A stretch of 64,000 nucleotides of DNA, from positions 2,336,001 to 2,400,000 of the forward strand of contig OZ242318.1 in the NCBI GenBank assembly GCA_965208105.1, given 5' to 3'. The stretch's first letter is position 1, and each line of letters opens with the position of its first letter. The DNA is from Candidatus Latescibacterota bacterium. GTDB lineage: Bacteria > Latescibacterota > UBA2968 > UBA8231. Shown here in pieces: positions 32,746 through 42,845 of the stretch. The notes below the pieces were generated by a model. The model was not told the origin of the DNA, did not search any database, and saw only the letters and a list, made by a program, of their open reading frames with translations. Position numbers and translations under genes: made by a program.

Positions 32746-34788
32746 ATGCTGACGACTCGGGGTTCCGGGTGGGGAAAGACCCGGAATGGCACCTCGAGTA
32801 ATGTCGCCGTTCCCATCCTGCTTATCCTCCTGGCAATGTGGGGATGTACGGTAGGCAAGCCCCAGGTGCCCAGCACGAACCTTACCATCAGCATCCCGGT
32901 GGCCAACGATACCACCACCCTTCAGGACATTGTCGACGAACGCTCCGATTTCCTGGGCGCAACCGAAGACGGCGGCATAGAGCTGAGCTTCGTCACCGAG
33001 TTCGGAGAGAAGGATCGCCGGGAGGTGGGTGATCGCCTGAGCCTCGCCCCTGTCCCCAACAGCTTCGCGATCCCGATCGGCGACATCAAACTTCCAGGAC
33101 AATCCCTTCCTTCCCTCAGCATCGGCGCCGACTTGCTCTCGGGTCGAAAGGTCCCCTCCGGCCAGGCTTTCGAAAAAAGGCTCGAAGCGGCCCTCGCCGG
33201 TTTTCAATCCCTGGCAATCAAGGAAGGGGTCCTGACCCTTTCCCTTGACAACGGGCTGCCATCGACCTTGTCGAGCCTGAGCATCGCCTTGCTGGAACCC
33301 GGGCGCGGCAACGCTGCAATCGACGGTTTCGACATCGGCAGACTGGACCCCGGCGGCCAGGCCGTGGTGACCTTCGTGCTGGATGGAAAAAGTATTTCCG
33401 GCGATCTCCTTTTCGCCTTGAGCGGAATTGTCGAGGATGGGGAAGACTCCGGAGCCGGAGATAATCCCACCCTGGACATCAGTGGATCTCTGAGCGATCT
33501 GATCGCGACCGAGGCCACCGCCGTCATTCCTCCTCTGGAGTTCTCGGACCGTGGAGTTCTCGATTTTCAGGACGACCGCATCGAGGTCACCAAGGCAACC
33601 ATCAGGGAAGGCGAGTTGGCCCTTCAGGTGCGAAACGACCTTCCGTTGTCCATGGAATTTCAAATCAGGCTCGACGACCTGACGAAACCTGACGGGACCG
33701 CCTGCCATCTTTCCATCGACAGGTTGGAGCCCGGCCAGGACCGCGAGGTGTCATTCGACCTGGCCGACTATTTGCTTGAGCCGGCAGATCCGCTCAGTCT
33801 GCGCTTGTCCTTCGCAGGGAGGACCTTTCCAACCAACTCCCCCGTCAGCTTGAGTTCCAGCGGAGAGGTCCGGGTGACCGCGGCGACCGACTCCCTGGTT
33901 TTCAGTCGGGTCGAAGGCAGGCTGAACCGGCTTCCCCTGCGGTTGAACGAGGACAGCACCGAAGTCGATTTCCCGCGCGGGCTCGACAATATCGAATTGG
34001 ACAGATCTACGGCGGCGATGTATATCAAATCGGGGATCGGATTCAGAAGCGAAATGGAACTGGATATCCTCGGAATCAATAAATCCGGGACGGAAGGCCG
34101 GCTCACCATCGCCGGGACCTTCGGCCGGGGCGATCCGGATCATCCGAAAGACATGATCGTTGTCCCTGATTCCCGCTCCCTCACCGAGTTTCTCAATCTG
34201 CTCCCAGCCAGGATCAAGGTGAGACCCTCGGTCTTCGTGGGAGACGGAGTGTCCCCCGAAGTAATCGAGCCCCACCATTGGGTCCAGCTCGACAGCGTTG
34301 TCCTCAAATCGGATGCCCGCTTCAGGGTCAAAGCCGGAACCCGGATTCAGCCGGAACCCATTCACCGCGAATTGAAAGACGAGCGCGAACGCATAGACTC
34401 CCACCTGGTCAGCGCCCTGGTTTTCATTACCATTGAAAACCATACTCCTCTTGGAGTGCGGATTCGACTGCACGCATCTTCCCGCAAAGGCGATGTCTAC
34501 ACCAACCCGCAGCTCACCATTCCGCGGCAGGGAGACTCCGCACTCGAGGTGCCTCCCGCAGCGGTCGGTTCCGACGGTCGCGTAGTCCGCAGCGTGGTCA
34601 ACGAACAATCTATTTCCATCTCCAGGGAAGAGTTGCGGGTTTTCACCCAGGAAGGGGGAGTATTTACCGGGGTCCTCGTCGAGATCGATGCTACTCGGGG
34701 AGATGTGGAGCTCCGGGCCTCGGATTTTGTCGCGGTACAGGCCGCCACTCAAATTACGGTGGAGCTGAACGAGAGTCTGGTCGAGTAA
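32746..34788 (+). CDS. Large hypothetical lipoprotein with repeated beta-rich domains
   Basis: Hydrophobic stretch plus lipobox-like LLAMWG-C; recurring motifs LSLDNGLP, LQVRNDLP, TIENHTPL. Confidence 0.7.
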   Translation: MLTTRGSGWGKTRNGTSSNVAVPILLILLAMWGCTVGKPQVPSTNLTISIPVANDTTTLQDIVDERSDFLGATEDGGIELSFVTEFGEKDRREVGDRLSLAPVPNSFAIPIGDIKLPGQSLPSLSIGADLLSGRKVPSGQAFEKRLEAALAGFQSLAIKEGVLTLSLDNGLPSTLSSLSIALLEPGRGNAAIDGFDIGRLDPGGQAVVTFVLDGKSISGDLLFALSGIVEDGEDSGAGDNPTLDISGSLSDLIATEATAVIPPLEFSDRGVLDFQDDRIEVTKATIREGELALQVRNDLPLSMEFQIRLDDLTKPDGTACHLSIDRLEPGQDREVSFDLADYLLEPADPLSLRLSFAGRTFPTNSPVSLSSSGEVRVTAATDSLVFSRVEGRLNRLPLRLNEDSTEVDFPRGLDNIELDRSTAAMYIKSGIGFRSEMELDILGINKSGTEGRLTIAGTFGRGDPDHPKDMIVVPDSRSLTEFLNLLPARIKVRPSVFVGDGVSPEVIEPHHWVQLDSVVLKSDARFRVKAGTRIQPEPIHRELKDERERIDSHLVSALVFITIENHTPLGVRIRLHASSRKGDVYTNPQLTIPRQGDSALEVPPAAVGSDGRVVRSVVNEQSISISREELRVFTQEGGVFTGVLVEIDATRGDVELRASDFVAVQAATQITVELNESLVE

Positions 34789-34806
34789 GCAGAGGGAAGC
34801 GAACCT

Positions 34807-36291
34807 ATGTGCAGAATCACTCTATTGGCAGCGGTCCTCATTGGCGGATTTTCGCTGGAAACCCACGGATTGGGCGATACCGACCCGCGCGCCATGGGCT
34901 TGGCGCAGTCCTACACGGCCCTGGCGCGGGGACCCGCAGCCGTCTTCTGGAACCCGGCCAACCTGGCCCTGAAGGGAAGCCCCGGCTTCTCCTGGTACTT
35001 TCTGGGTGCCGGGACCTCGTTCATCGTCGAAAACAACAGCTTTTCCGTAAAGACCTACAATGACAATTTCACCAGGTCCGACCATTTCCTTACCGATAAG
35101 GACAAGAAGGACCTTTTGAACGATGTCCCCGGGGAAGGGTTGAAACTCAACCTGGACATCGACCCCAACCTTTCCCTTCTCGTCCCGGTCAATGGTGGCG
35201 TTGCCTTTCAAATGCCCCGTGGCATCAGCTCCGCCGTGAGCATCGGCTTTACCTCAGGGCTGGAAGGCGAAATCCCCAAGGATATGTTCGAACTTCTTCT
35301 ATTCGGCAACGAGTTCGAGCAGCAACGCCTGGCCCAGGGAAAAGACGGAGATTACGATATCGCCGAGTGGGAGGGCTCTCGTTGGATGGTGGCCAGCTTG
35401 AACTGGGCTTGCGCCAAGTCCTGGATGCCGGGCCGGCTCGACCCATATCTGAGCGAGTTCAGCGTGGGGGGAACAATCAAGGTCACCACCGGGGTGTATG
35501 GCGAGATAATGCGTTCGAGCGGCAGCTTCGTTTCCCGCATCCAGGGAGCCGAACTGGATGCCTACCTGATTACGCGGAATGCGGGTAAAACCGGATTCGC
35601 CATAGACCTGGCCGCCCCGGGGGACTCCGGCAACGGCCAACCAGCCTTCAGCCTCGGCTTGCCCGACCTCGGCGGAACCGGAATTGGGCTGGACCTGGGG
35701 GTGGCCGGGGTGACCAGGGACCGGAAGCTAGTTTTCAGCGTGGGATTGCTCAACCTGCTGGACGTCTTTTCATGGAGCCGGGATGCGAGCCAGGATTCGC
35801 TCTATGCCGAAGCTGCGGACCTCCGCGTGACGCGCGTCCTGGATGTGGACCATATTGAGGAAATCCTGGAAAACGACGATGTGGATGGAGACGGAGACAT
35901 CGACTTTCTGCAGAAAATCGGCGACAGGAGCTTTTCCCGCTCGATGCCGGCCCTGCTCCGGGTGGGAGGGTCCTACGAGCTTTCGCCTCGATTGACCGCG
36001 GTGGGAAACTGGGATCAAGCCTTCAGCAGGGGGTTCGGCTTTTCTACCACCCCCCGGATCTCGGGTGGCGCCGAGTATCGTCTGGTGCCCTGGTTCCCAA
36101 CGCGTGCAGGACTGTCATTGGGAGGGCGGGGCCATAGCGCGGCCATCGGCTTTGCCTTCGGTCCATTCAAGTTTTCCCGTCTGCGCGCCAATCTCTTCGA
36201 TCTTGCCCTGGTCACCAGGGGCGGCCTCCTCGCGGGAATCTCCAAGGGCACCGCCATTTCTCTCCAGCTATTCAGGCTGGACATGGTTTAA
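34807..36291 (+). CDS. Hypothetical OM beta-barrel (FadL/TraF/DUF5723-like)
   Basis: Signal peptide; PRAMGLA.SYTALA.G.AVFWNPANL; GIGLDLGV; LRVGGSY; GAEYR; EF-hand-like DVDGDGDID. Confidence 0.72.
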   Translation: MCRITLLAAVLIGGFSLETHGLGDTDPRAMGLAQSYTALARGPAAVFWNPANLALKGSPGFSWYFLGAGTSFIVENNSFSVKTYNDNFTRSDHFLTDKDKKDLLNDVPGEGLKLNLDIDPNLSLLVPVNGGVAFQMPRGISSAVSIGFTSGLEGEIPKDMFELLLFGNEFEQQRLAQGKDGDYDIAEWEGSRWMVASLNWACAKSWMPGRLDPYLSEFSVGGTIKVTTGVYGEIMRSSGSFVSRIQGAELDAYLITRNAGKTGFAIDLAAPGDSGNGQPAFSLGLPDLGGTGIGLDLGVAGVTRDRKLVFSVGLLNLLDVFSWSRDASQDSLYAEAADLRVTRVLDVDHIEEILENDDVDGDGDIDFLQKIGDRSFSRSMPALLRVGGSYELSPRLTAVGNWDQAFSRGFGFSTTPRISGGAEYRLVPWFPTRAGLSLGGRGHSAAIGFAFGPFKFSRLRANLFDLALVTRGGLLAGISKGTAISLQLFRLDMV

Positions 36292-36416
36292 GAAATTCTG
36301 CCCGTCCCAGGGCTGAATCAGTTCCCCTCTGCCAGACAATCATGCCATAATGGCATTTATGGGCCCCTGCTGGAGCACTCGACTGTCAAATATTCATCAT
36401 TATATGGAAATGCGAA

Positions 36417-36432
36417 TGGTACGAAATTTGCA
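36417..36432 (+). promoter_or_regulatory. Putative sigma54 (-24/-12) promoter upstream of clpB
   Basis: TGGTAC-GAAAT-TTGCA versus consensus TGGCAC-N5-TTGCW, with exact GG-N10-GC spacing. Confidence 0.6.
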
Positions 36433-36566
36433 GATTGAAGTGTCGAACCGGTGATTATCAGTCCAGTCAGACCGGATAACCGAAGTACGGCAGCGCGGCA
36501 CTGGACCTTTCTCCTGGCGGTCTCTTTCGAGCAGCCTCCGAAGGTCCCGGAAAGAAGAGGTATGCC

Positions 36567-39215
36567 ATGGGAATGGACAAACTGACACAGAAGGCCCAGG
36601 AGGCCCTCCAGTCATCCCAGGCCAGGGCCTTGCGCCTTGGCCATGGCGAGGTCGATGGAGAGCATCTCCTGCTGGTGCTGCTGGAACAGGCCGATGGAAT
36701 CCTGCCGCGGGTGCTCGACCGCATGGGCGTGAGGGCGGCAGATTTTGCCAGAGAGGTTGAAAAGGCACTCGAAAATCGGCCCCGGGTATCGGGAAGCGGC
36801 GCGGAGACCTACGTCACCCGGAGGCTCCAGGAAATTTTCCTCAAGGCAGAGGACGAAGCCCGCAAGCTCAAAGACGAGTATATCTCGACAGAGCATCTCG
36901 CCCTCGCTTTAATCGACGAGATGGAGTCCAGCGAGGCCGGTCGATTGTGCCGGCGATTCGGCATCACCCGTGAAGGATTTCTCGCCACCCTCGCCGGGGT
37001 TCGCGGCAGCCAGCGGGTCACCAGTGCGACCCCCGAGGCCTCCTACGAGGCTCTGGAGAAGTATGGAGTGGATCTGGTCGTACAGGCCAGGGAGGAGAAG
37101 CTGGATCCGGTCATCGGGCGCGACGCGGAGATACGCCGGGTCATTCGTATCTTGTCGCGAAAAACCAAGAACAATCCGGTCCTTATCGGCGAGCCCGGGG
37201 TTGGCAAGACCGCCATAGTTGAAGGGCTGGCCCGGCGCATCGTTCGCGGGGACGTTCCCGAATGGCTGAAGGGAAGGTCCATTTTCTCCCTGGACCTGGG
37301 GGCACTGATGGCCGGCGCCAAGTACCGCGGCGAATTCGAAGAACGCCTCAAGGCCGTGCTCCAGGAAATCAAGGCAAGCGATGGACAAATCATCCTGTTT
37401 ATCGATGAGGTCCACAACATCGTTGGAGCCGGGCGCAGCGAAGGCTCCAACGACGCCGGCAATATGCTCAAGCCCATGCTGGCGCGCGGCGAGCTCCACT
37501 GCATCGGGGCCACGACCCTCGATGAACACCGCCGGCACATCGAGAAGGACGCGGCCCTGGAACGCCGGTTTCAGCCAGTGCTGGTCGACGCTCCCTCAGT
37601 CGAAGACAGCATCTCCATTCTGCGAGGACTCAAGGAACGTTTCGAGGTGCATCACGGGGTGCGCATCCAGGACAACGCCCTGGTCAGCGCAGCCCTTCTT
37701 TCCAATCGCTACATCGCCGACCGCTTTCTTCCGGACAAGGCCATAGACCTCGTGGATGAAGCCTGTGCCATGGTGCGCACTGAAATCGACTCCATGCCCG
37801 CCGAATTGGACGAGGTGACCCGGCGGGTTATGCAGTTGGAAATCGAGGTTGCCGCCCTGAAAAAGGAAAAGGACAAAGCCAGTGAGGAACGGCTCTCAGA
37901 CCTGACCAGGGAGCTGGCCGATTTAAAGACCCAGGCCGGTGCCATGCAGGCACAATGGGAGTCTGAAAAAGCGGCCATCGGCAAGGTGCGCGCCATTCGG
38001 GAGAAGATCGAGCAGGTCAGGCGCCAGACCGAGGCTGCCGAGCGCCAGTACGACCTGGACCTGGCCGCCGAGCTCAAGCACGGCCGGATGCCGGAGTTGG
38101 AGAGACAACTGCAGGAAGAGGAAAAACTGCTGAACATGAACCAGGCCGACAAGCGCCTCCTGCGCGAGGAGGTCGCCGAAGAAGAGGTTGCCGAAATCGT
38201 CTCGCGCTGGAGCGGGGTCCCGGTGGCGCGTCTGGTGGAAGGGGAGCGCGAGAAGCTTCTGCGCCTGGACGAAATCCTGCACCGGCGGGTGATCGGCCAG
38301 GAGGAAGCCGTAAAACTGGTGGCAGACGCCGTGATTCGGGCCCGGTCCGGAATCAAGGATCCGCAAAAGCCCATCGGCTCCTTCATCTTCCTAGGCCCCA
38401 CCGGGGTGGGCAAGACCGAACTGGCCAAATCCCTGGCGCAGACTCTCTTCGACAGCGAGGAGAACATGGTGCGCATAGACATGAGCGAGTACATGGAAAG
38501 ACACGCCGTCTCGCGATTGATCGGTGCGCCACCCGGCTACGTAGGCTACGAAGAAGGCGGCCAATTGACAGAGGCGGTGCGGCGGAAACCATATTGCGTC
38601 GTCCTCTTCGATGAGATCGAAAAGGCCCACCACGACGTTTTCAACGCCCTGCTTCAGTTGTTGGACGACGGCCGTCTCACGGATGCGCAGGGCCGCACCG
38701 TAGATTTCAAGAACTCGGTGATCATCATGACTTCCAATATCGGCTCGACCTACCTGACCGAAGGCGTGAACTCAAGCGGGGAGATTGGCGCCGGCGCGAA
38801 GGACGCGGTCATGGCGGAATTGCGCCGGCACTTCAGGCCGGAATTCCTCAACCGGGTGGACGACATTGTTTTCTTCAAACCACTGACCATGGATGAGATC
38901 GAGGCCATTGTGGACCTTCTGGTCGAGGAGCTGCGAGGGCGCCTGCGCAACCGGCAGATCGATCTGGACGTGAGTGCCCGGGCAAGGTCCTTCGCAGCGC
39001 GGAAGGGGTTCAACCCCGTATTCGGGGCACGCCCGCTCAGGCGCTATTTGCAGCAGGAGCTGGAGACGCGAATCGGCCGCGCCCTGATATCGGGATCCAT
39101 TTCCGACGGATCGTCCATCTCCGTCGACCTGGAGGAAGGCGAGCTGACGGTACGCCACCGAGCGACCCGCCACCCCGGGGAAGAAATCATGGGCAAGGGA
39201 GTGGTTGAGGTATAA
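36567..39215 (+). CDS. clpB: Chaperone ClpB
   Basis: Two AAA+ modules ([16 protein letters not shown]), KYRGEFEER, long middle coiled coil, [17 protein letters not shown]. Confidence 0.98.
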   Translation: MGMDKLTQKAQEALQSSQARALRLGHGEVDGEHLLLVLLEQADGILPRVLDRMGVRAADFAREVEKALENRPRVSGSGAETYVTRRLQEIFLKAEDEARKLKDEYISTEHLALALIDEMESSEAGRLCRRFGITREGFLATLAGVRGSQRVTSATPEASYEALEKYGVDLVVQAREEKLDPVIGRDAEIRRVIRILSRKTKNNPVLIGEPGVGKTAIVEGLARRIVRGDVPEWLKGRSIFSLDLGALMAGAKYRGEFEERLKAVLQEIKASDGQIILFIDEVHNIVGAGRSEGSNDAGNMLKPMLARGELHCIGATTLDEHRRHIEKDAALERRFQPVLVDAPSVEDSISILRGLKERFEVHHGVRIQDNALVSAALLSNRYIADRFLPDKAIDLVDEACAMVRTEIDSMPAELDEVTRRVMQLEIEVAALKKEKDKASEERLSDLTRELADLKTQAGAMQAQWESEKAAIGKVRAIREKIEQVRRQTEAAERQYDLDLAAELKHGRMPELERQLQEEEKLLNMNQADKRLLREEVAEEEVAEIVSRWSGVPVARLVEGEREKLLRLDEILHRRVIGQEEAVKLVADAVIRARSGIKDPQKPIGSFIFLGPTGVGKTELAKSLAQTLFDSEENMVRIDMSEYMERHAVSRLIGAPPGYVGYEEGGQLTEAVRRKPYCVVLFDEIEKAHHDVFNALLQLLDDGRLTDAQGRTVDFKNSVIIMTSNIGSTYLTEGVNSSGEIGAGAKDAVMAELRRHFRPEFLNRVDDIVFFKPLTMDEIEAIVDLLVEELRGRLRNRQIDLDVSARARSFAARKGFNPVFGARPLRRYLQQELETRIGRALISGSISDGSSISVDLEEGELTVRHRATRHPGEEIMGKGVVEV

Positions 39216-39326
39216 CCGGGAACCGGGAACTCTTTTGCCCTCTCCTGGTCTATTTTAACTCAGGAAAGCTGCTTCGAGCCGCAAACGCGCAATCAGTTCC
39301 AGCATCAGAATCCAGTAAGGAGATGT

Positions 39327-40745
39327 ATGACAAGAATAACCTTCTGCCTGACCATGATCTTGGCAGGGCTGCACGGGATCGAAGCCCGGGCACATGAGAA
39401 CGCGCGGGAGAGTCTGAGGGGAGCGCATCAATTCAGCGAAGCCTTTGCCGCCGTGGCTGCCAAGGTCAAGCCCGCAGTGGTAGCAATCATCACCGAGAAG
39501 ACGGTGGATCTGGCCATCGACAATCCCTTCCGCGGCACTCCATTCGGTGACTTCTACTTCAGAGTGCCAAGAGGCCCGAGGTCCAGGCAGTACCAGGAAG
39601 GCCTGAGTTCCGGGGTCATTGTGCGCTACCTGAGCGAAAGCTACATCCTTACCAACAACCACGCCATCCGGGGAGCGGAAAAGATCCAGGTGGGCATGGC
39701 GGACGAACGCTATTTCGAGGCGGAGATCGTCGGCACCGATTCCCTGAGCGATCTCGCCGTTCTGAAAATCGATTCAAAGAACCTCCCGCACCTCACCCTG
39801 GGAGACTCGGATTCGTTGAAGGTCGGCGAATGGGTTCTCGCCCTTGGAACCCCCTTTGGCCTGGAGCACACCATCACTTCCGGGATCGTCAGCGCTCTCG
39901 GGCGGGACAGGTCGTCGGCCAGGGAGTACGGCTCCTTCATTCAGACCGATGCGGCAATCAACCCGGGAAACAGCGGAGGTGCCCTGGTCAATCTTCACGG
40001 GGAGTTGGTGGGCATCAATACGGCCATCGTCAGCCGCTCGGGCGGGTACCAGGGTATTGGTTTCGCCATTCCGGTGAACCTGGCCAGAAACGTCTTGGAG
40101 CAACTGGTCGAGCACGGCGAGGTAAAGCGCGGTCTGCTGGGGGTTACCATCGATGACATCGACCCCGTCACCGCGGAAGCCCTGGGCCTGGAGAATGCAA
40201 AAGGTGTTCAGATTACCGGGGTGACCCCGGGTAGGGCAGCCGACAAGGCCGGGGTGGAGAGGGGCGATGTGGTGGTGGAACTGGACGGCGAATCCATCAG
40301 GAACACCACCGACCTGAGGAGTCGAATCGGTGCTACACCACCCGGGACCCAGGTGGAATTAGGAGTGCTTCGGGACGGTGAAGAAAAGACCGTCATCGTG
40401 GTCCTGGAGCAGCTTACCGAAGAGGTCCTGGCCGCACACTCCTCGAAGCCTCGGGGCACTGAGAAACTGGGGATGAGGGTGCAGACTCTGACGCCGGAAC
40501 TCAGCCGGCAGCTCGGATATGAGGAAATGAGCGGCGTGGTGATCACCGAGCTTCTGCGCGGAGGCGAAGCGGCGCGCCGCGGACTGCGGCCAATGGACCT
40601 CATTCAGGAAGTGAACCGGCGCCCCGTAAAGACCGAATCGGATTTTTATGAGGCCATCGGCAAACTGGAAGGCGAAGAGGCTGTATTGCTCCTCGTACGC
40701 CGTGGAAACATGACGCGCTTCATTGGCCTCAAGCTGCCCGGATAA
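39327..40745 (+). CDS. degP: Periplasmic serine protease Do/DegP (HtrA) with two PDZ domains
   Basis: Signal peptide, LTNNH, SDLAVLK, IQTDAAINPGNSGG, GIGFAIP. Confidence 0.95.
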   Translation: MTRITFCLTMILAGLHGIEARAHENARESLRGAHQFSEAFAAVAAKVKPAVVAIITEKTVDLAIDNPFRGTPFGDFYFRVPRGPRSRQYQEGLSSGVIVRYLSESYILTNNHAIRGAEKIQVGMADERYFEAEIVGTDSLSDLAVLKIDSKNLPHLTLGDSDSLKVGEWVLALGTPFGLEHTITSGIVSALGRDRSSAREYGSFIQTDAAINPGNSGGALVNLHGELVGINTAIVSRSGGYQGIGFAIPVNLARNVLEQLVEHGEVKRGLLGVTIDDIDPVTAEALGLENAKGVQITGVTPGRAADKAGVERGDVVVELDGESIRNTTDLRSRIGATPPGTQVELGVLRDGEEKTVIVVLEQLTEEVLAAHSSKPRGTEKLGMRVQTLTPELSRQLGYEEMSGVVITELLRGGEAARRGLRPMDLIQEVNRRPVKTESDFYEAIGKLEGEEAVLLLVRRGNMTRFIGLKLPG

Positions 40746-40998
40746 GGCTCCAGGTTGCTCTCTTCACAGCAGCAACATCCGGTGGAAACGACGTCCCCCA
40801 GGCGGCTTCGATTGCGCTGATCCGATCCCCTGTTAAAAGCCTCCTTACCCCCGGACCCATCGGCGGCCTCCCGCCGGCGGCCCCCCGGCGCATTGCCTCG
40901 GCAAATCAGCCCTTGGCGCCTCCATGCCCACCCGGCTTGCAGCAGAACCTGCGCGTGCAAGTACAAAGGCAGCCAACTGCTCTCGCCCGGCACCCCGG

Positions 40999-42741
40999 TC
41001 AGTTGCCACCGTCCTCGCCTTCGAGGCCCGGCTCCCGCTTGCCGGACCCATTTCGAAGCTGCACTCTTCCAATTGCATCGAGGTTGTGACGAGCCCCCCG
41101 GTGCTGCGGCGCCAGGAGCAGGGTCTTGCGAAAATAGCCTGCAGCCTCATCCAGGCTGCCCTTTTCGAGGGCAATCACCCCAAGGTTGTAATAGGCCTTG
41201 GCGTAGTGCGGATCCAGGATGATCGCCCTCTCCAGGGCCTCTCTGGCCATCTCCACTTCACCGAGGCGATAGTAGGTCAGACCGAGGTTGAACCAGCCAA
41301 TGGGATAATCGGCGCGGATTTTCAGACATCTGTAGAGGCTCTCCCGGGCGGTCGAGTACTCTTCCCGGGCGATGTGGAAAGCGGCGAGATCATTATAGAC
41401 CTCGTGATAGTCGGGAAGAATGTCCAGGGCCTTGCTCCACGAGGACAGGGCAAGCTGATCCTCGCCGCGCTCCAGTGCCGCTTTGGCGAGACCGCTCCAC
41501 GCCCTGGCACTGCGAGGCTGTGTCTCTACCGTCTGACTGAAAAGGGCGTAGTTGTCGTGCCAGTCTCCGCAGCGGGCATGGGATTGGTAGCAGTAGGCAG
41601 AGAGCAAAATAAAGATGGGCGGCCAGAGAACAGCGCGCGAGTGCCTCCTCCGCAGAGCTCCGAAGACGGCAGCCATGGCCATGGCGAAACCCATCGAGGG
41701 CAGGTAGAGCAGGCGTTCCGCCATGATCGTGCCGATGGGCAGGAAGATGTTGGCCACCGGCGCCAGGCTTACGATGATCCAGGACAGTCCAAAGGCGGCT
41801 GAGGGAGCACGGCGCCAGGAAAGGAAGAGCAGCAGAGAACCAATACCCAGGCCGGCGGCAACCAGGGCCAGATCCACCGACCATAGCTGAAGAGTCAGGT
41901 GCAATGCGTCGAAGGAATAATCTGCCGAAAGGGAAATCGGCAGCAGCAGCTGGCCGAGGTATCGGAACAGGATCTCTCCGGCATTGAGCAGACGCAGCGG
42001 CCAGGCCAGGGTGATGAGAGGATTGTCGAGGGGATCGATTACGGCAATGGTCAGGCCTCCGAGCACATGCCGGCGCCAGGCGAGATAGGCCAGAAGCAGA
42101 CTGGCGTAGAGCAGGTACACCTTCCCATAGCATTTTTCCGAAAAAGCCCGATATTGAATCAGGTCGGTGAGCAGGAAAAGCGCTGGCAGGACCACTGCGC
42201 TCTCCTTGCTCAGGAGGGCGGCAATCATGGCGAATCCAGCCCCCAGGTAATACCAGCGGCTTCTCTGCAGGTGCAGACTCAGGGCCACCAGGCTGAAAAG
42301 GGCGGCCAGGATGTCAGCCCTTCCCACCAGACCGGCCACGCACTCGGTCTGGACAGGGTGGGCGGCGAAGAGCAAGGCACTCAGGAAGGCCAGGTCCCGG
42401 CTGCGGCTGACCAGGCCGCAGAAGACATAGAGCAGCAAGGCCGTGGCGGCGTGGAGGAGGATATTGGTCAAATGGTAGAGAGCGGGGGAGGTCCCCGAAT
42501 GCAGGTAGTTCAGGGCAAAGGAGAGTACCGTGAGCGGACGGTACAGACCTGAGCGGTCGTTGTGGAAGCCGGCCCAGTAATCGCTGGTGAAGATTTCGAC
42601 CAGGTTGCCGCGATGGACGATCGGATTGTCCCGGATGGCCGCAATATCATCCAGGACGAAGCCATTCTCCAGGGTGGCGGCATAGAGAAGGGTAGGCAGA
42701 ATAAAGGTGAGGGCGGCGCGGCGGTAGGCGAGGAGAGTCAT
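40999..42741 (-). CDS. TMTC-like GT-C membrane protein with C-terminal TPRs (putative protein O-mannosyltransferase)
   Basis: FVLDD, DYW..SGLYRPL, HPVQTECV..GRAD, SKES, LSADYSF (DUF1736-like), AERLLYLPS, several TPR repeats. Confidence 0.85.
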   Translation of the reverse strand: MTLLAYRRAALTFILPTLLYAATLENGFVLDDIAAIRDNPIVHRGNLVEIFTSDYWAGFHNDRSGLYRPLTVLSFALNYLHSGTSPALYHLTNILLHAATALLLYVFCGLVSRSRDLAFLSALLFAAHPVQTECVAGLVGRADILAALFSLVALSLHLQRSRWYYLGAGFAMIAALLSKESAVVLPALFLLTDLIQYRAFSEKCYGKVYLLYASLLLAYLAWRRHVLGGLTIAVIDPLDNPLITLAWPLRLLNAGEILFRYLGQLLLPISLSADYSFDALHLTLQLWSVDLALVAAGLGIGSLLLFLSWRRAPSAAFGLSWIIVSLAPVANIFLPIGTIMAERLLYLPSMGFAMAMAAVFGALRRRHSRAVLWPPIFILLSAYCYQSHARCGDWHDNYALFSQTVETQPRSARAWSGLAKAALERGEDQLALSSWSKALDILPDYHEVYNDLAAFHIAREEYSTARESLYRCLKIRADYPIGWFNLGLTYYRLGEVEMAREALERAIILDPHYAKAYYNLGVIALEKGSLDEAAGYFRKTLLLAPQHRGARHNLDAIGRVQLRNGSGKREPGLEGEDGGN

Positions 42742-42845
42742 GGCTGCAGAGCGAAATTACTACTGATCGGGCCTCCTCTCGGCTGTTCTCGATCAAACCC
42801 AGCCCAAACTTAATAAAGCGGTAGTATGTCTGGAAGTGAAATGTC

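Noticed and set aside
36371-36400. Possible CIRCE (AGCACTC) upstream of clpB
   Set aside because: Only a partial left half-site; no GAGTGCTAA after 9 nt
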